Positions 57,503-64,000 of a stretch of DNA of 64,000 nucleotides are shown in pieces. The position numbers were made by a program, and so were the translations under genes. The notes beneath the pieces are model-generated. The model was not told the origin of the DNA. It did not search any database and was given only the letters and a program-made list of their open reading frames with translations. The DNA comes from a virus. Every line of letters starts with the position of its first letter. The first letter of the stretch is position 1. The stretch is from IMG/VR virus record IMGVR_UViG_3300008952_002488, positions 1-64,000 of that record. One strand, 5' to 3'.

Positions 57503-57659
57503 TTTAGTAAAAGTAACATGGCGTTTTGACACCCCCCGGCTGGGGCTCGTTCTAACAGATCCCGCTGCTGACTTCCCTCAAGTATTGGTTCGGTTGGGAT
57601 GTGGTCGTCGGGTATCTTTTGATTGCGATAGTGTGGAGGTGGTCCGTGAAGCCCGGTGA
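57489..57659 (+). CDS. GDLV SH3/KOW-like mini-protein 3
   Basis: Manual translation MKPGDLVKV...GLVL, 56 aa. Confidence 0.7.
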   Translation: MKPGDLVKVTWRFDTPRLGLVLTDPAADFPQVLVRLGCGRRVSFDCDSVEVVREAR

Positions 57660-57849
57660 TTTGGTAGACGTTTCCCACCGCCGCCGTGAGCGGCACGGGT
57701 ATGGTATTATTACCGAGGTGAGGTCTCGCCATCCCTATGATGACCGCAGCGAGGAACTTCTTGTTACGGTACATCACCCCAAGACAGGGAAGACAACAAA
57801 GTGGAGTTCGCATTGGGTGGAGGTGCTTAGTGAATCTAAAGCCAGGTGA
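57646..57849 (+). CDS. GDLV SH3/KOW-like mini-protein 4
   Basis: MKPGDLVDV...GIIT. Confidence 0.75.
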   Translation: MKPGDLVDVSHRRRERHGYGIITEVRSRHPYDDRSEELLVTVHHPKTGKTTKWSSHWVEVLSESKAR

Positions 57850-58042
57850 CTTAGTAGAGCCCAACTGGAGTGCTAGCGAAGTCCCCCACATCAAAGAGAG
57901 GCACGGTCGGCAACTGGGTCTTGTTCTTTCATATCCCGAAGTCAAAAACCACGGCACAACCTGTGTAAAAGTTAATTGGCTTGGCTACGAACTGGAAGAA
58001 TATTATTCTGTCCATCATTTGAGGTTGGTAGAAAATGAATAG
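57830..58042 (+). CDS. GDLV SH3/KOW-like mini-protein 5
   Basis: MNLKPGDLVE...GLVL...VKVNW. Confidence 0.75.
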   Translation: MNLKPGDLVEPNWSASEVPHIKERHGRQLGLVLSYPEVKNHGTTCVKVNWLGYELEEYYSVHHLRLVENE

Positions 58043-58268
58043 ATATAACGGGGCAGAGTTCACATATAATATTGGCGACCTCGTGTCCTTTATGCAGCGT
58101 CGTGTGACCGAGGATTATGTTGATGACTTTTTGCTGACTGGCATTATAATCAGGGAGCGTTTTGTTTTTACTGCCGACAATAAGTTCTTGGTCAAGACTC
58201 CAGAAAAAGATTATTGGGTTTCAAGACCAGCCCTAACTTTACTTTCAAAGGCAGAAAATAAAACTTGA
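58035..58268 (+). CDS. GDLV SH3/KOW-like mini-protein 6
   Basis: YNIGDLVSF...GIII. Confidence 0.7.
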   Translation: MNRYNGAEFTYNIGDLVSFMQRRVTEDYVDDFLLTGIIIRERFVFTADNKFLVKTPEKDYWVSRPALTLLSKAENKT

Positions 58269-58309
58269 CAAGAGCCATAGTCATGTTAAGATACTATTGG
58301 AGAGAGCCT

Positions 58310-58543
58310 ATGAGCCTGGTAAAAGAAATCCAGAAACGCTGCCACATCCAGCCTGGTATGTTGGTCAGGAGCAGCGGAGGCAGCGAAATCAATAAACTTG
58401 CTTTGGTTGTCGGACTATCTCCCTCGTGTAAGTTTGACCGAGACTACGAAGGAGCAGAGGACCACATCTTCTACAAGTGCGAGCCTTTTGACGGCACGCC
58501 AGCCTTTGTAGACTACGCTTGTAACATGGAGCAGGTATCATGA
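58310..58543 (+). CDS. SH3/KOW-like mini-protein 7
   Basis: IQPGMLVRS...ALVV; own promoter at 58265. Confidence 0.65.
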   Translation: MSLVKEIQKRCHIQPGMLVRSSGGSEINKLALVVGLSPSCKFDRDYEGAEDHIFYKCEPFDGTPAFVDYACNMEQVS

Positions 58544-58782
58544 AAGTCGGACAGATTATTAAAGTAAATAAGTCTGGTCTGGCTCATTTTGCTCCCGGCA
58601 TCCGCCGCAGGCTTGAAGGAGAGATTGGACTAGTTGTCCAGCAAAAGTACGAACTGGCTCACAAGCTCTTGAAGAATACCAAGGTCTATCCATCCATTGT
58701 CCGTTTTGAGGCTCTCAAAGGACTTGACATGTACGCAGACGGCGTTATGATATTTGATGACCAAGCGGAGATTTTATCATGA
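58540..58782 (+). CDS. SH3/KOW-like mini-protein 8
   Basis: MKVGQIIKV...GLVV. Confidence 0.7.
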   Translation: MKVGQIIKVNKSGLAHFAPGIRRRLEGEIGLVVQQKYELAHKLLKNTKVYPSIVRFEALKGLDMYADGVMIFDDQAEILS

Positions 58783-58952
58783 AACTTGGAACACTAGTCC
58801 AGTTCGCAGCCTACGGGGCGGTCATGGATACTGGCTATGTTTCAAAGTATGATGAGGACCCAGGGTTCATGTGGGTAGAGTGCGTGAAGATGGGACCTCA
58901 GCGAGTCAGTAAAGACAGTACGATGTTGGAGGTGGTAAGTGAAGCCGGGTGA
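58779..58952 (+). CDS. SH3/KOW-like mini-protein 9
   Basis: Manual translation MKLGTLVQF...EVVSEAG. Confidence 0.65.
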   Translation: MKLGTLVQFAAYGAVMDTGYVSKYDEDPGFMWVECVKMGPQRVSKDSTMLEVVSEAG

Positions 58953-59136
58953 TTTGGTTCGCATTCGCAAAACCTCTATTGACCATCTGTCTGCCAACTG
59001 GTTTATCTGGCACGCAGAGCACAAGACCCCGCTGGTTTTGATTGAAGAGCTAAACAAAAGTTATTGGAATGTGCTGAAGCCTGATGGCAGTACGGTACAC
59101 ATCCACAAAACCCACCTGACGAAGAGGATGTATTGA
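58939..59136 (+). CDS. GDLV SH3/KOW-like mini-protein 10
   Basis: MKPGDLVRI. Confidence 0.75.
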   Translation: MKPGDLVRIRKTSIDHLSANWFIWHAEHKTPLVLIEELNKSYWNVLKPDGSTVHIHKTHLTKRMY

Positions 59137-59333
59137 TGAATCCCGAATGGAAAAGATATAAAGTCGGAGACTTGGTAGCGGTTGCTGCTAATCAAGTGCT
59201 GGGTCTTATCACTCGCTCCAACTACTGGGCTCTTGATGAATATCTCGGCGGTGAGATTGAGTGCGTTGATGTGATGTTCGGAGCACACGAATCCAAGCAA
59301 TACCCAGTTCAATATTTGGTGGACTTGAAGTAA
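59136..59333 (+). CDS. GDLV SH3/KOW-like mini-protein 11
   Basis: YKVGDLVAV...GLIT. Confidence 0.7.
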   Translation: MNPEWKRYKVGDLVAVAANQVLGLITRSNYWALDEYLGGEIECVDVMFGAHESKQYPVQYLVDLK

Positions 59334-59413
59334 TGAGCGAGCTAATCGGCGGCATCTTTTACGGCACTATCATCGGAGGCTACATCCTCTGGTTTTGGGG
59401 GCGCATCCGATGA
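59333..59413 (+). CDS. 26-aa single-TM peptide (MSELIGGIFYGTIIGGYILWFWGRIR)
   Basis: Manual translation; TAATG overlap at the start and ATGA overlap at the end. Confidence 0.5.
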   Translation: MSELIGGIFYGTIIGGYILWFWGRIR

Positions 59414-59652
59414 AGACCTCCCCCCGCCAAGTTGAGTACCTACCTGACCACCACTTCAAGGTCGGCGATATCGTAAGGCGATTTGTAATCGGCGGTAAAG
59501 ACAGGCTCGGCGTTGTGCTGGGAACAGGAAAAAAGACGATGAACTACACGACATTACAAATGAATGAAGACGCCTGCCTAATATCTTTTGATAATGAAGA
59601 GCCAGTGTGGGAAGCGGCATATTTTCTGGAAAAAGTTGATGCCAAGTACTGA
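59410..59652 (+). CDS. GDIV SH3/KOW-like mini-protein 12
   Basis: FKVGDIVRR...GVVL. Confidence 0.7.
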   Translation: MKTSPRQVEYLPDHHFKVGDIVRRFVIGGKDRLGVVLGTGKKTMNYTTLQMNEDACLISFDNEEPVWEAAYFLEKVDAKY

Positions 59653-59845
59653 TTTAAAGATTGGCACCCTGCTCCGAGTGAAGGAGCACTGCCGAAATAA
59701 TATAACCGTCAGGCATAATGGCGAGTATGGTATTCTGGCACGAAACGATAAGGGAAACTATATTACACACGATGTTATATTCCCCACTGGCGAGCGAGTT
59801 ATTTTTATGCCTATCAATTGGGAGGTAGTCAGCCATGCTGGATAG
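59639..59845 (+). CDS. SH3/KOW-like mini-protein 13
   Basis: LKIGTLLRV...GIL...WEVVS. Confidence 0.65.
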   Translation: MPSTDLKIGTLLRVKEHCRNNITVRHNGEYGILARNDKGNYITHDVIFPTGERVIFMPINWEVVSHAG

Positions 59846-60104
59846 CAGCGATAAGATGTGGGCGGTTCAACAGCCTGGAACTATTTTACGAGCCCGTCAT
59901 AGTGCTAAGTACGGACAACTGGCTCTGGTTCTTGCCCGAGCCTATGATGGCCCGAAGCCAAGCAACGGCTATCCCCCCCGCCAGTATGTGAAGATGCAGT
60001 GGCTCTCAACTGGCGAGCGGTTTGAAGAAATGTTAGTAAATGCTCATAATTGTTTTGACATTGTGAGTTCCTGTGATACACTATCCAACAAGGAGGAAGT
60101 ATGA
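59835..60104 (+). CDS. SH3/KOW-like mini-protein 14
   Basis: QPGTILRA...ALVL...VKMQW. Confidence 0.65.
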   Translation: MLDSSDKMWAVQQPGTILRARHSAKYGQLALVLARAYDGPKPSNGYPPRQYVKMQWLSTGERFEEMLVNAHNCFDIVSSCDTLSNKEEV

Positions 60105-60268
60105 AACTATCGCTTAACACTAAAGTCGTAGATGACAAAACTGGGCTGGAGGGTCGGACTATTGGGCCTTTCACTCGCAAGGGAGAGCAGTGGTGGACTG
60201 TCTATTGGCGAAACGGTCAGACAACCTCCCAACGAGAAGAGGATCTCAACCAGTGTCAAACAATTTAA
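60101..60268 (+). CDS. SH3-like mini-protein 15 (MKLSLNTKVVD...WTVYW)
   Basis: Manual translation; AGGAGG SD; promoter at 60055. Confidence 0.6.
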   Translation: MKLSLNTKVVDDKTGLEGRTIGPFTRKGEQWWTVYWRNGQTTSQREEDLNQCQTI

Positions 60269-61446
60269 CGAAAAAAGCTGAACTCGTTGCCGAAATGGAA
60301 GCAGGAATTAAGGTAGCTGAGGAGTTTGAGAAGGCTGGTGCGTTTTACGGAGACTCCAAAGACCTGCGGCAAGAAAAGGACCGAGAAGTCGCAGAGTTCT
60401 CTCAGACGCTAAACGATGGGCAAAGAATCAAGTTCCAGAAGGAACTGGACAGACTAGAGCTTCTATCCCGTTCGAGCGGGGCGAGCATCGCCACGTCTAT
60501 ACTTTCGTTGGACGCCTATATCAAAGGGAAGAGTAAAGTAAAAGTGGAGTTCTGGGGTCGGGAGGGGCTCAAAGAAGGGGTTGGACAAAAGACCGACCTA
60601 AAGACAACTCTCATCAACCCCAATCTCGACGAGATGGTTTATAGCTTTTCCCTGAAACAGTACCGTAGGTCCGGACGCATTCAGGTTGGATCGGGCACCT
60701 ATTTGTCCACCTTTCTGGGGCTAGCGTATGACGTTGCTGGGCGAGGACGTTACCAGTCCCATGATAAAGAGCGGACTTTTGGCTCGAAAGGGAAATGCGA
60801 AGATGCCCGAGCCGAGATCCTCAAAGATTACGGCGTGGAATCTGCCAAGCTTTTGGATGAACTGGTGATTTTAACCGCTGGCGTAGCGGCCCTTCGTGGC
60901 AATAAAGTGTATCCGGGTGATGACTGGTGGAAAAAGAAATGTAAGGGTTTTACAGAATCGGCTGTTCCCATTTTTGAAAAATGGTTTAATTTCTTGCTTG
61001 AGCACGACCAAGATAAATTTATAGAACGTATTTTTCACCGAGCCGGTCTCGGGTGCGAGCATGAAACGGTGGTGACTTTCTGCCAAAACGGCGAGCCCCG
61101 GACCCTGAACACCTTGAGTGATCCGACGTTTGCGAAGACTATGAAAATTGGAAAAATTCCGATCAACCAACTCGAAGTGGAGACTAAGAGGTCCGGACAG
61201 GGTGAGGACGGGTGCAGCATTGATGTGAGGTTGCATCATACAACCTCCGGAAAGAGTTCGCCTTTAATGGAGTTGCAAATTCCCTTCACCCTCAATCGTA
61301 ATGGGGCATGGCAGTTGTGCAATGAAGCAGGGCGTTGGTGTAAAAAGGACAAGCAATTTGTTGAGTTTGGACACTTGCGCCCGGAAAAGTCTAAAGAATT
61401 GGCCACATCCACAAATATGTGGCTGAAAGTGCCTTTGGGCAAATAG
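60253..61446 (+). CDS. putative PD-(D/E)xK restriction endonuclease
   Basis: KTD...YSFSLK motif; adjacent to a methyltransferase. Confidence 0.45.
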   Translation: MSNNLTKKAELVAEMEAGIKVAEEFEKAGAFYGDSKDLRQEKDREVAEFSQTLNDGQRIKFQKELDRLELLSRSSGASIATSILSLDAYIKGKSKVKVEFWGREGLKEGVGQKTDLKTTLINPNLDEMVYSFSLKQYRRSGRIQVGSGTYLSTFLGLAYDVAGRGRYQSHDKERTFGSKGKCEDARAEILKDYGVESAKLLDELVILTAGVAALRGNKVYPGDDWWKKKCKGFTESAVPIFEKWFNFLLEHDQDKFIERIFHRAGLGCEHETVVTFCQNGEPRTLNTLSDPTFAKTMKIGKIPINQLEVETKRSGQGEDGCSIDVRLHHTTSGKSSPLMELQIPFTLNRNGAWQLCNEAGRWCKKDKQFVEFGHLRPEKSKELATSTNMWLKVPLGK

Positions 61447-61467
61447 CGACGTGGAGGGGACAGTAAA

Positions 61468-62904
61468 GTGAGACGTGTAGTTGTGGGTAACCCCCCTTTT
61501 CAAAACCGGGAAAAGCAAGGGAAAACCCAACATAAAGTGTGGATCAAAATGACTCAGACTATCTTTGACCAAATGGACGAAGGAGACATTTTGCTGTGGA
61601 TAAGCCCTCAGAGTTGGTCATCGCCTAGCAATAAAATATTAAAGCTGATGAGGGAAAATCAGGTTAACTATGTGTCTCTCAATACCGACGAATACTTTGA
61701 GGGAATTGGTTCCTCGTTTAGTGACTACTCTATCACAAAAACTTCCGCACCCTCTGCGAACCCTACGCTAGTGTCGGATCGCAACCACACCCCGTGTCAT
61801 ATTGCTTTTAAAGATCTTTTTTATCTTCCTAACGATGTGTGTGCGCTGTCATTATCTATTCACAATAAGGTTATGTTTGGGGGCTGTGATTGTTTGGATG
61901 TTCGGCATGATTATGTAACCAATCATAATATTTTGTTACGGACAGGAACAACGCTTTCCAAGACTCCTACCTCACAACACATTTATCCAGTATTTCACAC
62001 TAATCGTCAAACATGGTATTCATCTCTCGAACAAAAGTGCATGACCGAGAAGAAGGTAGTGTGGACCCGGAGCGGATATCTTAAACCATTTTATGATGAC
62101 GGGACGATTGGAATAACGGACATGGCTTATTATATTCCCGTTAAATCTCGCACCAAGGGGGACCGGCTCGTAGAGAACCTGTCTTCTCCGCTGATGAAAT
62201 ATATCTTCACAACCGCTAAGTGGTCTGGTTTTGGAAACGAGCGAGTGTTTGAGCGGTTGCCTGCGGCGCTAGCCTCTCTCCGGAAAGAGGATTTGGCGGA
62301 TCACTTTAATCTGACATCCGACGAAGTGGCTTACATAGAAGAAGAGAGTTGGCGCAAGAAGCCCACGAAGGAGCTTCTTCTTGGTGGAGATTATACGGTC
62401 AAAACCCAAGGCAGGTCGGATATTTACGGAGAAGTGTTTACTCCGCCGGAGTTAGTAAATAAGATGCTTGATAAACTCCCACCGGAGGTCTGGGATCATT
62501 ATGATGAGCCTTGGACTTTTCTTGATCCGGCATGTGGTAATGGTAATTTTTTAGTAGAAGTTCTTCGGCGTCAGCTTGACGCAGGTGTTTTGCCTGCCAC
62601 CGCCCTTGGTTCTGTTTATGGTATTGATATAATGCCGGACAATGTGCTGGAGTGCAGGCAACGCCTTCTTTCCGTGGCTCTCCAGGCGCACATGGAGAGA
62701 GAAGAGGAGGCGAAGAGAGCGAACCCTGATGCTGTTTCTTGCCCATCTGCCGTGACCAAATTATACCTAATAGTGACTGAGCGCATTGCGGTGGCTAATA
62801 GTTTAGAAGATTCTTTGGAGGATGTCTTCCCCTACAGTCCGGACCCAGGGTTCGACTTCTGCGCCAACCGCCACCGCACCCAAAACGAAGGACCCTCAGA
62901 ATGA
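61468..62904 (+). CDS. N6-adenine DNA methyltransferase with circularly permuted motif order
   Basis: VVVGNPPF (motif IV) at the N-terminus; GEVFTP, FLDPACGNGNFL and YGIDI (X, I, II) near the C-terminus. Confidence 0.8.
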   Translation: MRRVVVGNPPFQNREKQGKTQHKVWIKMTQTIFDQMDEGDILLWISPQSWSSPSNKILKLMRENQVNYVSLNTDEYFEGIGSSFSDYSITKTSAPSANPTLVSDRNHTPCHIAFKDLFYLPNDVCALSLSIHNKVMFGGCDCLDVRHDYVTNHNILLRTGTTLSKTPTSQHIYPVFHTNRQTWYSSLEQKCMTEKKVVWTRSGYLKPFYDDGTIGITDMAYYIPVKSRTKGDRLVENLSSPLMKYIFTTAKWSGFGNERVFERLPAALASLRKEDLADHFNLTSDEVAYIEEESWRKKPTKELLLGGDYTVKTQGRSDIYGEVFTPPELVNKMLDKLPPEVWDHYDEPWTFLDPACGNGNFLVEVLRRQLDAGVLPATALGSVYGIDIMPDNVLECRQRLLSVALQAHMEREEEAKRANPDAVSCPSAVTKLYLIVTERIAVANSLEDSLEDVFPYSPDPGFDFCANRHRTQNEGPSE

Positions 62905-63188
62905 ACAAAAAACACAAAAAGAAATTAAAGCGAGCAGCAAAGAGAAAAAAGGAAAAAGCTTTTGCACAAGAGACCGAACGGGTGCAAAACAAAATGAAGA
63001 AACAGATGGGGGTGTTTGACAGGCTCCCTGAAGATTGTTCTACTTGTGAAAAGGATTTCCCTAAAACTCGTGAGGCACATATGACCTGGCGAGTGGTGGT
63101 GAAAACAGAGAAAGAAAAGGTCTGGCTATTCTGTCCGGACTGCCAAGAGAAAGCCAAGGAATTGGTGGAGAAACAAAATGAAGTTTAA
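62901..63188 (+). CDS. basic zinc-finger hypothetical protein
   Basis: CSTC...CPDC. Confidence 0.65.
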   Translation: MNKKHKKKLKRAAKRKKEKAFAQETERVQNKMKKQMGVFDRLPEDCSTCEKDFPKTREAHMTWRVVVKTEKEKVWLFCPDCQEKAKELVEKQNEV

Positions 63189-64000
63189 AGAAGCAGTCAC
63201 CTACGACGACATGCTCATCGTGCCGCAGTACAGCGACATCACGAGCAGGAGCGAGGTAGACATTAGCAGCAATCTTGGTCACAGGGAGTTCCACCTTCCT
63301 GTGATTGCCTCTCCGATGGACACCGTATCCGAGGTCCAGATGGCTCTGGCTATGAATGAGGCAGGAGGTCTTGCTGTTCTCCATCGGTATAATACAATTA
63401 CCGAACAGCAAAAGATGGCGCACAAAGTTGTTCATCACACAGATTGGTCTGGTCAGGTGGCTGCTGCCATCGGCGTGACCGACGACTACTTAGAGCGAGC
63501 AGAAGCTCTTATCGCCACGGGTGTTGATATCCTTTGTGTAGATGTGGCACATGGCCATCACTCTTTAATGAAAAAAGCCCTCACGACCTTGCGGGAAGAG
63601 TATGGAAATCATATCTATATTATGGCAGGAAATGTCTGCACCCTGGAGGGCATCAATGATCTTGCAGATTGGGGCGCTAATGCTGTACGTTGTAATATTG
63701 GTGGTGGCTCCATTTGCAGCACTCGTCTGGTTACGGGACACGGTTTACCGGGACTACAAACAATCCTTGACTGCGCCAGAACAGACCGAGATGTCGCCAT
63801 CATCGCCGACGGAGGAATTAAGTGCTCGGGAGACATTGTTAAGGCGTTGGCAGCGGGGGCAGACTTTGTAATGTGTGGTTCGCTACTGGCAGGAACAGCC
63901 GAAAGCCCCGGTAAAGTAATTAGTTTACCTAGTAACGTCCGAGTAAAAGAATATCGAGGCATGGCTTCCAAAGATGCTCAACTTGATTGGCGCAACAAGT
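63178..64000 (+). CDS. IMP dehydrogenase/GMP reductase family protein (CBS-less; runs off the window)
   Basis: Manual translation: TYDDMLIVP, SPMDTV, VDVAHGH, AGNV, IGGGSICSTR, IADGGI, YRGMAS. Confidence 0.9.
   Translation, partial: MKFKEAVTYDDMLIVPQYSDITSRSEVDISSNLGHREFHLPVIASPMDTVSEVQMALAMNEAGGLAVLHRYNTITEQQKMAHKVVHHTDWSGQVAAAIGVTDDYLERAEALIATGVDILCVDVAHGHHSLMKKALTTLREEYGNHIYIMAGNVCTLEGINDLADWGANAVRCNIGGGSICSTRLVTGHGLPGLQTILDCARTDRDVAIIADGGIKCSGDIVKALAAGADFVMCGSLLAGTAESPGKVISLPSNVRVKEYRGMASKDAQLDWRNK

Noticed and set aside
63602-63971. ORF-track calls 63602..63871 (+) and 63615..63971 (-)
   Set aside because: Both lie within the real IMPDH/GMPR frame that starts at 63178 and runs off the window.
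1-64000. Stop-codon recoding, inteins/introns, tRNAs, chimallin
   Set aside because: TAA, TAG and TGA all terminate conserved genes at sensible lengths; no intein-like insertions in TerL, DnaE, RNR or helicase; no cloverleaf seen by eye in the short intergenic gaps; no nuclear-shell protein recognised, though it cannot be excluded outside the window.

Overview
64-kb segment of a large T4-related myovirus genome (uncultured jumbo-like phage, standard genetic code). Essentially all real genes are on the + strand. In order: an RseP-like protease; an array of small proteins sharing an N-terminal 'MKITKSQLRKIIKEE' leader; an Mre11-Rad50 (SbcD-SbcC) fusion; a putative lysis cluster containing a tubulin/FtsZ homolog; a head module (terminase, portal, prohead protease, ribosomal protein bS21, scaffold, major capsid); neck and contractile-tail genes; a PolA-like polymerase next to a second, degenerate tubulin; Hsp20 with a ROSE-like 5' UTR; replication and nucleotide genes (SSB, RecA, 5'-3' exonuclease, helicase, class II RNR, GroES, DnaE, MT-A70 MTase, dUTPase); about 15 tandem small 'GDLV' SH3/KOW-like ORFs; a putative R-M pair with a circularly permuted methyltransferase; and a partial IMPDH/GMP reductase. 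Two promoter classes are visible: a recurring ACTATTTAT motif before structural genes and sigma70-like TTGACA-N16-TAnnnT sites before replication/early genes. The best novelty candidates are (1) a 'capsid-targeting leader + variable cargo' system, (2) the SH3/KOW mini-gene array with dual-coding junctions, and (3) the two tubulin paralogs. All calls come from reading motifs by eye; no database searches were run. No tRNA, rRNA or CRISPR was seen.
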